DNA of 64,000 bases from an uncultured Kofleriaceae bacterium (GTDB taxonomy: Bacteria; Myxococcota_A; Polyangia; Haliangiales; Haliangiaceae). The position numbers and the translations under genes are program-made. Positions 41,219 to 50,818 of the stretch are shown one piece after another. The stretch spans positions 133,908 to 197,907 of the forward strand of contig CAZUAR010000003.1 in the NCBI GenBank assembly GCA_964617845.1, in the 5' to 3' direction. The notes beneath the pieces were generated by a model. It made no database searches. It saw only the letters and a program-made list of their open reading frames with translations, and was not told the DNA's origin. Position 1 is the stretch's first letter. The number at the start of each line of letters is the position of its first letter.

Positions 41219-42012
41219 TCGGCACCGGACGCGTGTTCGACGAGCTCGGAACACTGCCAACGGCCCCCGCGGTCCCCGTCGCGACGCCGCGACCCTCGGG
41301 CCCGTTCGCCGCGATCGATCAGCTGCTGCGCGATCGCGACGGGATCCTCGCGCGCATCATCACCGGCAAGGACCTCGTCGCGACGATGAAGGTGATGGTC
41401 GCGACGATCGCGGTGTGCATGGCGATCGTCGGCGCTGCGCTCGGCAGCTATCGCGGCGGCGTGCAGATCGGCTACGCCGCGCTCAAGCTCCCGCTCGTCC
41501 TGCTCGGGACCGCGGCGCTGGCGGCGCCGGCGTTGACGGCGATCGGCGCGGCGGCCGGGCGGCGCGTGCGGCTGACCGCGGACCTCGTGCTCGTCGTGAG
41601 CGCGCTCGCGTTCGGATCGCTCTTGCTCACCGCGTGCACGCCGCTGTTCCTGCTGTGCATCGCGATGAAGCGCGAGTACCACGACATGATCCTCGTGACG
41701 GTCGGGCTGTTCTCGCTCGCGGGCATCGCCTCGCTGCGGATGATCGTGCAAGGGGTGCGCCTCGAGGCGGCGGAGTCGCCGCGCGGATGCACGAGTGCGG
41801 TCCTCGGTCTGTGCATCGTGTTCGCGCTCGTCGGTGGTCAGCTGTCGTGGGCGCTGCGCCCGTACCTGGTGCGCCCGCGCGCGCCGGAGGTCGTGTTCGT
41901 GCGCTCGGTCGAGGGCTCGCTGTTCGACGCGATCACCACGACGCTCGAGTCCGCGCGTGGTCACTTCGAGCGCGACGAGGCGCCGGTGCCCGACGAGGAG
42001 TACTACCGATGA
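41215..42012 (+). CDS. Polytopic membrane protein, hypothetical
   Basis: GTG at 41215 overlaps the upstream TGA. Six or more TM helices. Stop overlaps the ATG of the next gene. Confidence 0.5.
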   Translation: MIGTGRVFDELGTLPTAPAVPVATPRPSGPFAAIDQLLRDRDGILARIITGKDLVATMKVMVATIAVCMAIVGAALGSYRGGVQIGYAALKLPLVLLGTAALAAPALTAIGAAAGRRVRLTADLVLVVSALAFGSLLLTACTPLFLLCIAMKREYHDMILVTVGLFSLAGIASLRMIVQGVRLEAAESPRGCTSAVLGLCIVFALVGGQLSWALRPYLVRPRAPEVVFVRSVEGSLFDAITTTLESARGHFERDEAPVPDEEYYR

Positions 42013-42659
42013 GCCTCGGTCTCCTCGGCGCCGGCTACGCCGCGATCGGTGCGGTGCTCGCGGTCGGGTGTGCCGCGATGCGACGCGCGAGCGTGGGCGA
42101 CGTGATCCTGCTGTTGATCGTATGGCCGATCGCGTTGCCGCTCGTGCTCGCGTCGCGCTCCGACGATGCCGAGAGCGGCGAGCTCGTCGCCGCGCTCGCG
42201 CGCGCTTCCGCATCACCGCTCGCCTCGGTGCTCCCGGACGCGGAGACCGGACGCGTGCTGCAGTCTCGCGTGCGCGAAGCGGCGACGCGGCTCGTCGAGC
42301 TCGACGAGCTGCTCGCGCGACCCGACTTCGATCCCGCCGCCGCCGAGCGCCGCGCGGGCGAGCTCGCATCGCGCGGTGCGGTCGCCGCCGCGACGACGGC
42401 GCAGCTTCGGGTGCGCACGCTCGGGCAGCTCCGCGCGCTGCGCGAGCGCTACCGCGCAGAGCTCGAGGAGGTGCGCGAGCTGATCGCGCAGCTCGTCACG
42501 CAAGCGGAGCTCGTGCGCTTGCAGCCGTCGATCGCGCAGGCGTCGAGCGAGCTGGTGCGAGAGTTGGTCACACGCGTCGAAGGGCTCGACGACCTGTTCG
42601 CGATCCAGGCAAACCTCGATGGCGCGGAATACTCGACGGCGGCGGAGCGTTCGAGCTAG
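42009..42659 (+). CDS. Hypothetical protein with N-terminal TM helices and coiled-coil C-terminus
   Basis: ATG at 42009 (ATGA overlap). MSLGLLGAGYAAIGAVLAVGCAA...ILLLIVWPIALPLVLA, then heptad-like RVREAATRLVELDELLAR...LRERYRAELEEVRELIAQLVTQAELVRLQ. Confidence 0.5.
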   Translation: MSLGLLGAGYAAIGAVLAVGCAAMRRASVGDVILLLIVWPIALPLVLASRSDDAESGELVAALARASASPLASVLPDAETGRVLQSRVREAATRLVELDELLARPDFDPAAAERRAGELASRGAVAAATTAQLRVRTLGQLRALRERYRAELEEVRELIAQLVTQAELVRLQPSIAQASSELVRELVTRVEGLDDLFAIQANLDGAEYSTAAERSS

Positions 42660-42662
42660 GCC

Positions 42663-43349
42663 ATGGCGACCATCCTCGTCGTCGATGATGACGCGCACAT
42701 CCGCGAGGTCGCGCGGTTCGCCCTGGCGCGCGCCGGACACGCGGTCGAGCTCGCGACGGACGGCGCCGCCGCGCTCGCGCGGATCGAGCAGCGCGCGCCC
42801 GACCTCGTCGTCCTCGACGTGCTCATGCCCGAGCTCGATGGTCTCGCGCTGTGCCGCCGCCTGCGCACGCAGTCTCACCGCGTGCCGATCGTGTTCCTGT
42901 CATCGCGCACCGAGGAAGCGGACCGCGTGCTCGGCCTCGATCTCGGCGCAGACGACTATTTGACCAAGCCGTTCTCGCCGCGCGAGCTCGTCGCGCGCGT
43001 GGCCGCGGTCCTGCGCCGCACGTCCGACACCATCGCGGCGGCCGTTCCCGCGGCCCTGCCGCTGCTCGCGGTCGGCGAGGTCGCGATCGATCGCGATCGC
43101 CACGAGGTCACCGTCGGCGGCTCGCAGCTCGATGTCACCGCGACGGAGCTTCGCCTCCTCGCGACGCTCGCCTCGCATCGCGGGCGCGTGCTGTCGCGCG
43201 GCCAGCTGATCGCGACGGTGTACGGCGACGATCATCACATCAGCGAGCGCACGATCGACACCCATGTCCGCAACCTGCGCGCGAAGCTCGCCGCCGCAGG
43301 GGCGCCCGTGATCGAAACGGTCCATGGCGTCGGCTATCGCTGCAGCTAG
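42663..43349 (+). CDS. OmpR-family response regulator
   Basis: Receiver ILVVDDDAHIREV...DLVVLDVLMPELDG...KPF. The winged helix ends with VIETVHGVGYRC. Confidence 0.9.
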   Translation: MATILVVDDDAHIREVARFALARAGHAVELATDGAAALARIEQRAPDLVVLDVLMPELDGLALCRRLRTQSHRVPIVFLSSRTEEADRVLGLDLGADDYLTKPFSPRELVARVAAVLRRTSDTIAAAVPAALPLLAVGEVAIDRDRHEVTVGGSQLDVTATELRLLATLASHRGRVLSRGQLIATVYGDDHHISERTIDTHVRNLRAKLAAAGAPVIETVHGVGYRCS

Positions 43350-44790
43350 GCGCCTCGCACGGCACCTCGCGCGCATTCGCTATCGGCTGCTGCTGATCAA
43401 CCTGATCGTCGCCGCGGTGCCGATCGTCGGCATCTCGTTCGCGAACATGCACGAGCGCCAGCTCCTCGCCGCGCTCGAGCAGGACATGATCCATCAAGCG
43501 CAGCTCGTCCGCGCGCAGATCACGACGGATCCCGCCCGCGCGCTCGAATCCCACCAGTCGACGCTCGTCGTCGCCGCGCGCTCGACGCGTACGCGCATCC
43601 GCATCGTCGACACGACCGGCGCGGTCCGCGCGGACTCGCATCGCGGTGGTCCGCCCGAGGGTGCCGAGCGAGCCGTGCCGCAGCTGTTTGGCGAATCGCC
43701 GACGCATCCGCCCGAGGTGCCGCGGCCGATCGACCTCGCGTCGCGGACCGAGATCCAGGCAGCGCTCGCCGGTCGCTACGGCTCCGCGACGCGGCTCTGG
43801 GACAACCAGGATCGCGTGTACCTGTTCTCCGCGTTGCCGGTGGTGATCGGCAAGAAGGTCACCGCGGTCGTCTACGTCACGCGCTCGACGCACGACGTGA
43901 AGCTCCAGCTCTACGCGCTGCGCACGTGGCTCGTGCGCCTGCTCGTCGCATCGATCGCCGGCACCGCGCTCCTCACCCTGATCCTCGCGACGACGATCGC
44001 GCGCCCGCTCGGACGCCTCACCCGTCGCGCGAAGCGTATCGCCGCGCGTCAGCCCGTCGAGCCAACCGAGCGCTTGACGCGACGCCGCGACGAGATCGGC
44101 GAGCTCGCGCGCGCGGTCGCGACGATGACCGCCGAGCTCGAGCGCCGCGCCCACGACGCACGCACGCTCGCCGCCGACATCTCGCACGAGTTCAAGACAC
44201 CGCTGACCGGCATCCGCGGCGCGGCCGAGCTCCTCCGCGACGGCGCCGCCGAGGACCCCGAGGCGCGCGATCGCTTCCTCGCGATGATCGTCGACGACAC
44301 CGAGCGCCTCGATCGTCTCGTCTCGCGCCTGCTCGAGCTCGCGCGCGTCGACGACGATCGCACGACGCAGCTACCGGTCGATCTCGCGGATCTCGCGCGC
44401 CAGAGCGCGACCGCACGACCGTGGCCCGTGCCCGTCGATGTCGCCGCCGACAGCTGCGTGGTCGCGGGCCGCTCGGCCGCACTCGCCTCCGCGATCGACA
44501 ACCTCGTCGCGAACGCGACCCAGCACGCGGACGCCGGCTCGCGCGTCGCGATCGCGATCACGCGGGACGGCGATCGCGCCCGCGTCTCCGTGTCCAACCA
44601 CGGCCCTGCTCTGTCCGCCGCCGCGCATACGAAGGTCTGGGATCGGTTCTACTCGACGCGTCACGCCGAGGGCGGCTCGGGCCTCGGCCTCGCGATCGTT
44701 CGCTCGGTCGCGCTCGCACATGGGGGCACCGTCGGCGTCGACTGTTCCGAAGGAATTACGACGTTTTGGTTCGAGCTCGCGACCGCGTGA
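43324..44790 (+). CDS. Sensor histidine kinase (TM - HAMP - HisKA - HATPase_c)
   Basis: H-box ADISHEFKTPLTGIRGAAELL. N-box NLVANATQHA. G-boxes SNHGPAL and GGSGLGLAIVRSVA. 26-nt overlap with the regulator gene. Confidence 0.9.
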   Translation: MASAIAAARRLARHLARIRYRLLLINLIVAAVPIVGISFANMHERQLLAALEQDMIHQAQLVRAQITTDPARALESHQSTLVVAARSTRTRIRIVDTTGAVRADSHRGGPPEGAERAVPQLFGESPTHPPEVPRPIDLASRTEIQAALAGRYGSATRLWDNQDRVYLFSALPVVIGKKVTAVVYVTRSTHDVKLQLYALRTWLVRLLVASIAGTALLTLILATTIARPLGRLTRRAKRIAARQPVEPTERLTRRRDEIGELARAVATMTAELERRAHDARTLAADISHEFKTPLTGIRGAAELLRDGAAEDPEARDRFLAMIVDDTERLDRLVSRLLELARVDDDRTTQLPVDLADLARQSATARPWPVPVDVAADSCVVAGRSAALASAIDNLVANATQHADAGSRVAIAITRDGDRARVSVSNHGPALSAAAHTKVWDRFYSTRHAEGGSGLGLAIVRSVALAHGGTVGVDCSEGITTFWFELATA

Positions 44791-44850
44791 CCCGAGGGGG
44801 CTTGCGCGCAAAATGGTCCGGACTTAGCTCCGACTTCGTAAGGAGGTTCG

Positions 44851-45354
44851 ATGCGACGTTTACAAGCTTTGCTGTTCACAGCGGGCTTGGTGGCGGCGCC
44901 TACGAGCGCGGCCGCCGGGACCCCGGACACCAACGGTCCACCGCCCGCCGCACAGACCACCCAGGACAAGGGCCGACTCGGCGTCCTCGTGATGAGCCCC
45001 ACGCCGGAGCTCCGGCTACACATGGGATCGACCCGCGACCGCGGCCTGCTCGTCGCACGTGTAGAGCCGGGTACGCCGGCCGCGGTCGCGGGGATCCAGG
45101 TCGGCGACTTGATCGTCGAGGTGAAGGGGCGCGCTGTCGACACGACGCGCGATCTCGTGACCTCTCTCGCACCGATCGGGAAGAATCAGTCGGTGTCGAT
45201 CGGTCTACTGCGCGACAAGAAGCCGATCACCGTCCAGGCCACGATGAAAGACGACCGGGCAGACACGTGGAGCAGACTCCCCCTCATCAACGAGCTGATG
45301 CGTCCGTTCCTCGCGCCGATCCTGCCCGAGCGTGAGACCGCTTTGCGTACCTGA
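44851..45354 (+). CDS. Secreted PDZ-domain protein
   Basis: Signal peptide and GRLGVLVMSPTPELRLHMG...GLLVARVEPGTPAAVAGIQVGDLIVEVKGRAV (PDZ). Strong RBS AGGAGG 8 nt upstream. Confidence 0.6.
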   Translation: MRRLQALLFTAGLVAAPTSAAAGTPDTNGPPPAAQTTQDKGRLGVLVMSPTPELRLHMGSTRDRGLLVARVEPGTPAAVAGIQVGDLIVEVKGRAVDTTRDLVTSLAPIGKNQSVSIGLLRDKKPITVQATMKDDRADTWSRLPLINELMRPFLAPILPERETALRT

Positions 45355-45380
45355 AGTTCATAGATCGAAGGAGACAACCC

Positions 45381-45842
45381 ATGCAGAGCTATCTCTGGAA
45401 TCCATGGTCGGTCTTCGACGAGCTCGAGCGTTCGATGTTCGCGACGAGCTCGCCGAGCTGGCCGCAATTCGACATCGAAGACACGGAAGACGAAACCATT
45501 CTCACCGCGGACATGCCGGGCATGTCCAACGATGACATCGACATCACCGTTGCCGGCTCGTACCTCACGATCCGCGGTCAGCGCAGAGCGAAAGAAGGAC
45601 GCTATCTGCGCCGCGCACGATTCTGTGGTTCGTTCGAACGCACGTTCCAACTCGGTGAGCAGTACGACCTCGATCATGTCGACGCCAACCTCGTAAACGG
45701 CGAGCTGACGATCCGCTTGGTCAAGGCGGCCAGGGCCAAGCCGCGGAAGATCAAGCTCGGCAGCAGCCTCGCGCAGAAGGTGAAGGGACTCCTCGGCGTC
45801 GAGAAGGAGAAGGACAAGGAGAAACAGGAACAGGCGGCATGA
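45381..45842 (+). CDS. Hsp20/alpha-crystallin family small heat-shock protein
   Basis: ILTADMPGMSNDDIDITVAGSYLTIRGQRR...GSFERTFQLGEQYDLDHVDANLVNGELTIRL is the alpha-crystallin domain. RBS GAAGGAGA upstream. Confidence 0.85.
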   Translation: MQSYLWNPWSVFDELERSMFATSSPSWPQFDIEDTEDETILTADMPGMSNDDIDITVAGSYLTIRGQRRAKEGRYLRRARFCGSFERTFQLGEQYDLDHVDANLVNGELTIRLVKAARAKPRKIKLGSSLAQKVKGLLGVEKEKDKEKQEQAA

Positions 45843-45963
45843 ACCACCGCGCATGGCGGAAGAACCACGACGGCAAGGTCTGGGACCTGATCCAGCTGGC
45901 CACGTCGAGGCCGTCGTACGGGTCTTCCGCCATGCGCGCCCCTTTTCGGATGGACACACGGAG

Positions 45964-46398
45964 ATGAAGACGACCTCGGATATCTGGAGACCGATCGCCT
46001 ACGTCGCACTGCAAGACACGATCACGCGGACGCGCGTGGTCAGCACGCTCGAACGCGCGGGCTGGATGGTGTTCCCGCAGCCAACCGGGTTTCACGTTCT
46101 GTCGGCGATCGCGGACGTGATCGACAACCGCGCGTGGCTCCGGCCCGGTCTCATCGTCATCGACGCGTACGCACGCGGCTGTGCGGGCACGACGATCGCC
46201 GCGGGGCTGCGCGATCTCGGCATCGCGATCCCGATCGTGTTGATCGCGGCGCCGAGCGAAGCCCTGCCGCTGTCGAGCGACGACATGGTTCGCATCACCG
46301 AGAGCGCGAGCGCGGAGACCGTCGTGGACGAGCTCGCGCGGAAGCCGTGGATGATCGAGCCACGCGGGCGACCACCCGGTAACGCGATGGCGAGCTGA
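45964..46398 (+). CDS. Single-domain receiver-like (CheY-like) protein
   Basis: PIAYVALQDTITRTRVVSTLERAGWMV...RPGLIVIDAYARGCAG...IPIVLIAAPSE matches the receiver fold pattern. ATG at 45964. Confidence 0.5.
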   Translation: MKTTSDIWRPIAYVALQDTITRTRVVSTLERAGWMVFPQPTGFHVLSAIADVIDNRAWLRPGLIVIDAYARGCAGTTIAAGLRDLGIAIPIVLIAAPSEALPLSSDDMVRITESASAETVVDELARKPWMIEPRGRPPGNAMAS

Positions 46399-46445
46399 CG
46401 CTGGCCCGGCTTGGCGCACGCGCGGATGTGAGCGAGGATGCGCCG

Positions 46446-47294
46446 ATGAAGCTCTTCGCGTTGGCGTGTGTCGCGCTCCTGGCCGCGTGTCCTCCTCCAG
46501 GAAACACCACCGGTGGCGGCGGTGGCCGTGGTCGGGGCGGCGGTGGCATCAGCCCCGACTCGTGCGGGAAGATCGACACGAACGATACGGGTCGCAAGCT
46601 GTACTCGTTCCTCGTCGCGTCCGCGGAGCTCGACAAGGCGAGCCTCGCGCTCGAGGCCTCGATCGCGGGCGCGTGCCGGCGCATGGCGGCCGAGCTCGGC
46701 GTCGATCAAAGCGGCGACACCAAGACGGTGTGCACGCGCGCGGCCAACGAGCTCGACGCGAACCTGAAGGTCAGCGTGAAGACCGAGTCGCGCCTCGTCA
46801 CGAAGCACACGCCCGCCGTCTGCGAGACGAAGGTCGACCTCGAGGCCGGCTTCATCGCCGAGTGTGAAGGCCGCGCCGTCGCGAACAACGCGGGCGCCAG
46901 CGCGTCCGCCGAGTGCCGGGCGTCCGCCGGGATCCGCGCGACCACGCGCACCGAGTGCACCGAGCCGAAGGTCGAAGTCGTTCGCGAGAACGTCACCGTC
47001 GTCGACGACTCGAAGTTCCAGAAGGCGGTCGCCGCGATCAACGCGGGCATGCCGGCGATCCTGCGGGCGTCGAAGAAGCTCGAGCTCGCGGGCGAAGCGG
47101 TCGCGAACTGGGTGAAGACCGGCGCGGACCTGGTCGCGTCGTCGGGCAAGCTCGTCGCCGATCTCGGCGAGCACGGCGTGTGCGTCGCGGGTCAGCTGGT
47201 TGCCGTGGCAGCCGCGAGCGCGAACATCCAGGCGCGCCTCTCGGTCTCGATCGAGGTCTCCGCGTCGGTCAGCGCATCGGCCGGCGCGCGCTGA
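46446..47294 (+). CDS. Lipoprotein, hypothetical (Cys-rich)
   Basis: MKLFALACVALLAAC lipobox, a Gly-rich linker and several conserved Cys. Confidence 0.55.
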   Translation: MKLFALACVALLAACPPPGNTTGGGGGRGRGGGGISPDSCGKIDTNDTGRKLYSFLVASAELDKASLALEASIAGACRRMAAELGVDQSGDTKTVCTRAANELDANLKVSVKTESRLVTKHTPAVCETKVDLEAGFIAECEGRAVANNAGASASAECRASAGIRATTRTECTEPKVEVVRENVTVVDDSKFQKAVAAINAGMPAILRASKKLELAGEAVANWVKTGADLVASSGKLVADLGEHGVCVAGQLVAVAAASANIQARLSVSIEVSASVSASAGAR

Positions 47295-47300
47295 TCGGCG

Positions 47301-48449
47301 CTAGTCGTCTTCGCCCGGCACCGGCTCTTCGAGGTACGACGACACCGGGCGATCGTTGACGAAGTCATCGACCCACTGCGCGAGCGTCATGTTCTGCGCT
47401 TCGACATCGGAGTCGACGAAGTTGAAGAGCGTGGTGCAGTGGCTGTCGTTGATCGGGCGGTAGTAGGGGATGAAGTAGTAGAGGTTGTCGCGCGTGTTGA
47501 ACTCGTCGACGAGGAGCAGCGTGTCGTCGTTCCAGTGCGACAGGATCTCTTCCTTGTCGGTGTCCTCGTCGAGGTTGTAGAAGCGCTCGTACGAGTACAG
47601 CGAGAAGTTGTAGTCGCGGCGGAAGTACGTCGTACCGAGGCGATCGTTCGGGAACTCGTCGGCGAGCGCCGTGTTGATCGTGCCCATGTCGTCGAGCGTG
47701 AAGCCCTCGGGCATCAGCGGCGTGAGCGAGTCGAGGTTCCACGCCGAGCGGATCTTCTCGTGCAGCGGCTTGGAGAACCCCGACGACGGGAAGATCGGCC
47801 CCGAGTCGTTGATCAGGTACGCCTTCTCGACGGCGCTGACGCCGTTGCGAAGGAAGCGGTAGTTGACGATCGAACCGACACCGCCGGCAGAGCAGCCCGT
47901 CGAGAGCAGCTTCGGCACGTGCGTGAAGTTCGCGTCGATCCACTTCACGACCTCCTGGACGGCGGCGTGACCGTCGTGATGGAACTCGAGATCGGGATCC
48001 ATCTCGTCGCCGCTCTCGTAGACCACCGTGGTCGCGCCGGTGTGGACGTCGCCGGTGCAGTACGGCACCCAGACGTAGTTCCAGTTCATCGACGGGCTCG
48101 TGTCGTCGACGCGGGAGAGGAACGGCGAGATGAACGACGCGAGGTCGTAGTCGGTGTCTTCGAGGCCATCGGGGTGCGCCGCGCCGCGGATGCCGTTGCG
48201 CCCCGCGCACGAGTCGTAGTCCCAGCACGCACCGCCGGGCTCGAACACGACCGCGAGGTTGTCACTCTTGTTCGAGAAGTTGACCCAGAACTTGTACTGG
48301 GTGCCGTTGCCGCAAACGATGCCCGGCGGCTCGATCTTGATCCACTGGTCGTACGCGTCGCGAGCGGGATTCTGGATCGCTTCCTCTCCGTCGAGGTTGT
48401 CACCACACGCCGCGAGCAACGCAACAACGACGAGCCCCACTCGGTTCAT
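47301..48449 (-). CDS. Secreted lipoprotein of pectin acetylesterase/Notum-like alpha/beta hydrolase family
   Basis: MNRVGLVVVALLAAC lipobox. LAVVFEPGGACWDYDSC...VWVPYCTGDVHTG...LSTGCSAGGVGS resemble PAE/Notum motifs, including the GCSAGG nucleophile elbow. Confidence 0.6.
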   Translation of the reverse strand: MNRVGLVVVALLAACGDNLDGEEAIQNPARDAYDQWIKIEPPGIVCGNGTQYKFWVNFSNKSDNLAVVFEPGGACWDYDSCAGRNGIRGAAHPDGLEDTDYDLASFISPFLSRVDDTSPSMNWNYVWVPYCTGDVHTGATTVVYESGDEMDPDLEFHHDGHAAVQEVVKWIDANFTHVPKLLSTGCSAGGVGSIVNYRFLRNGVSAVEKAYLINDSGPIFPSSGFSKPLHEKIRSAWNLDSLTPLMPEGFTLDDMGTINTALADEFPNDRLGTTYFRRDYNFSLYSYERFYNLDEDTDKEEILSHWNDDTLLLVDEFNTRDNLYYFIPYYRPINDSHCTTLFNFVDSDVEAQNMTLAQWVDDFVNDRPVSSYLEEPVPGEDD

Positions 48450-48547
48450 GAAGCCGACGCTACGACGATGTCCCGACGGGGCCAAGCTGAAAAAACTTTC
48501 ACATTCGAATGTGCGAGCTTCACTAAGCCGAGCCGTGGGTGATCGAC

Positions 48548-50818
48548 TCACTGCGTCGGATCATCGCGATTCGAGCCGCGACCACCGCCGTAGCGGTCCC
48601 ACACGTTGACGCCGCCGTTGGTCGTGGTCCCGCTGCCGTCGTGCTTGCCCGACGGACGGCTGGAGCCGCTCTGCGTCGGATCCGACGACTTCGCGGCGAC
48701 GAGCTCGAGCGCGAACTCGCGCGGCGGACCGTCGAGCGTCTGCACCTTGAAGCGCAGCGTGCCCCCGCGACTCGTGAGCGCCGCGTGCTCGTCGGTCGCG
48801 ACCTTGGCGAACGTCTGCGCGTCGGTGACGTCTCGGCCCGAGACCGCGAGCACGATGTACTGCGTGGCGATGCCGAGCTTCTGCAGCGGGCCCGTGTCGA
48901 GCTTGGTCAGGATCGCGCCCGACTCGAGCTTGGGATAGCGCCAGCCGACGAGCGGGAACAAGCCGACGGTGGTGGCGCCGAGCGCCGTGTCCTGCTTCGC
49001 GTACGCCGCGGCGAGCTTCGCGAGCTCGGTCGCGCCGAGCGAGACCTGGGCGAACGCGACCACACGCTTGCCATCGGCGCTCGCGTACTCCTCCCAGTAG
49101 CGGGCCGTCGGCGCCGACGGAACCGCGCCGCCGCTCGTCGCGCGCAGGATGCGGCCGACGGCGTTGCGCGCCTCGCGCACGTCGCGGCGCGCGCTCGTGT
49201 TCGACGGATCGCGATCGAATGCGGCGAGCTTCGCGTCGCGCGTGGCCTGGTAGATCGGCACCACCGCGCGCTTCCACACGGCGTCGTCGATGCGCACCGC
49301 GATCGCGTTCGCGGCGGCGTCGAGCGCCGCGTCGAACGCTTCGTCCTCGGCGTCGTCCTGGCGCGACGACATCGACGAGACACCGACGCACGAGATGCCC
49401 TTCGCCGCGGTCTCGGTGCACGTCACGCTGTTCGGTGCGTCGGCGACGATCCACGCGGGGCGCGTTTCGGCGCTCTTGCTCGTCACCTTGCCGAACTCGG
49501 TCTCGGCGCCGCCCTTGCCCGTCACGCGCTGGTACGCGAGGTAGCCGCCGGCGGCGAGCACGACGGCGATCAGCGCCGCGAGCACCGGAACGAGGAGGCT
49601 CGAGCGCGGCTGCTCGACGGGGATCTGCGGCGACGATGCGACCTGCTTCGCGCTCGGCTTGCGATCGCGATGCACTTGCAGCGCGCGCTCGCGCAGGATG
49701 CCGATCGACTTCACGAGATCGGCCGACGCGGTCGGCTTCGGCAGCAGCGGCAAGAGCGTCATCACGATCTCGCCGGCCTGACACTGCATCGCGTGACGAC
49801 ACGTGGAGCAGCGCAGCTCGGGCGCGGTCGCGAACTTGAGCACGTCGTAGTGCTCCGCGACGTCGATCAGCTCGCCGGTCGTGGTGCCGCAGCTGGTGCA
49901 ACCGTACGGCAGCGTCAGCGTGACGACCTGGCCCTTGGGCGCGAGATCCTCCGGGCTACACAGCTTCTCGAGGAAGGCCGGCGGGACGCTCGCGAGGTAG
50001 ATCGCGTCGACGAGCGGCGCGACCATCTTCACGAAGCCGCGCCACTCGGCGGCGCCCGCGGGCTCGATGCGTCCGATCGACGACAGGTCGACGATCACGC
50101 TGCCCTCGAGGCCCTCGGCGAGCTTCTCGCGCGGGAACGTGCGATCGAGATCGCCGGTGAGCTTGAGGTACGTCGTGCGCCCTTCGATGATCTTGTCGAC
50201 GCGCAGCTTGCGATTGAGATCGCTGACCGCGTAGTTGAGCTTCGCGCCGAGGAAGGCCGCGACCTCGGGCTCGAGCTCGAACTTCGACTGGCTGATCAGG
50301 TACGAGAAGAACGTCGCGCCGTCCTCGTCGAAGTACATCGCTTCTTTGCACGAGGGGCACGGCCGCTCCGCGAGCTTCATCGTCTTGATCGTCTCGAAGT
50401 CCTTGTCGACCTGGAGAAGGACGCGATGCTCCGAGTCGCAGTAGTCACACTTGAACGGCGCGTAGAAGCTGAACACGCGGCCGCCGCCCGTGAAGTTCGC
50501 GACCATGTTGAGCTGGTCGACGACCTTGGGCGTGCACTCGACGAGGATCATCGAGCGGCACAGCTTGTTCGCTGTCGTCACGAAGTCGACCCACTCGCGG
50601 ATACCGAACGACGAGATCTTCTTCACGCCGCCGAGATCGAGGACGAGCGTGTCGCAGCCGGCGGTGGCGCCGAGCTTCTTGCCCTCGAAGCCTTCGTCGA
50701 TCGTGCCGGAGAACTTCAAGCACGCGATGCCGCCGTCGGCGAACTTCTCGACGGAGAGCTTCGGCGCTCCGTCGGCGGGGTAGACCGGTTGGGACGGACG
50801 ATGCGGAACAGCTTGCAT
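48548..50818 (-). CDS. Membrane protein with two tandem STAS-like domains each followed by a Cys4 zinc-ribbon, one TM helix and a periplasmic region ending in a PDZ-like domain
   Basis: ATG at 50818. STAS-like CDTLVLDLGGVKKISSFGIREWVDFV + CDYCDSEH...CPSCKE. Second STAS-like SVIVDLSSIGRIEPAGAAEWRGFV + CTSCGTT...CSTCRH. TM LLVPVLAALIAVVLAAGGYLAY. PDZ-like ILTKLDTGPLQKLGIATQYIVLAVSGRDV. The upstream 318 codons of the listed ORF are Arg-rich shadow sequence. Confidence 0.6.
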   Translation of the reverse strand: MQAVPHRPSQPVYPADGAPKLSVEKFADGGIACLKFSGTIDEGFEGKKLGATAGCDTLVLDLGGVKKISSFGIREWVDFVTTANKLCRSMILVECTPKVVDQLNMVANFTGGGRVFSFYAPFKCDYCDSEHRVLLQVDKDFETIKTMKLAERPCPSCKEAMYFDEDGATFFSYLISQSKFELEPEVAAFLGAKLNYAVSDLNRKLRVDKIIEGRTTYLKLTGDLDRTFPREKLAEGLEGSVIVDLSSIGRIEPAGAAEWRGFVKMVAPLVDAIYLASVPPAFLEKLCSPEDLAPKGQVVTLTLPYGCTSCGTTTGELIDVAEHYDVLKFATAPELRCSTCRHAMQCQAGEIVMTLLPLLPKPTASADLVKSIGILRERALQVHRDRKPSAKQVASSPQIPVEQPRSSLLVPVLAALIAVVLAAGGYLAYQRVTGKGGAETEFGKVTSKSAETRPAWIVADAPNSVTCTETAAKGISCVGVSSMSSRQDDAEDEAFDAALDAAANAIAVRIDDAVWKRAVVPIYQATRDAKLAAFDRDPSNTSARRDVREARNAVGRILRATSGGAVPSAPTARYWEEYASADGKRVVAFAQVSLGATELAKLAAAYAKQDTALGATTVGLFPLVGWRYPKLESGAILTKLDTGPLQKLGIATQYIVLAVSGRDVTDAQTFAKVATDEHAALTSRGGTLRFKVQTLDGPPREFALELVAAKSSDPTQSGSSRPSGKHDGSGTTTNGGVNVWDRYGGGRGSNRDDPTQ

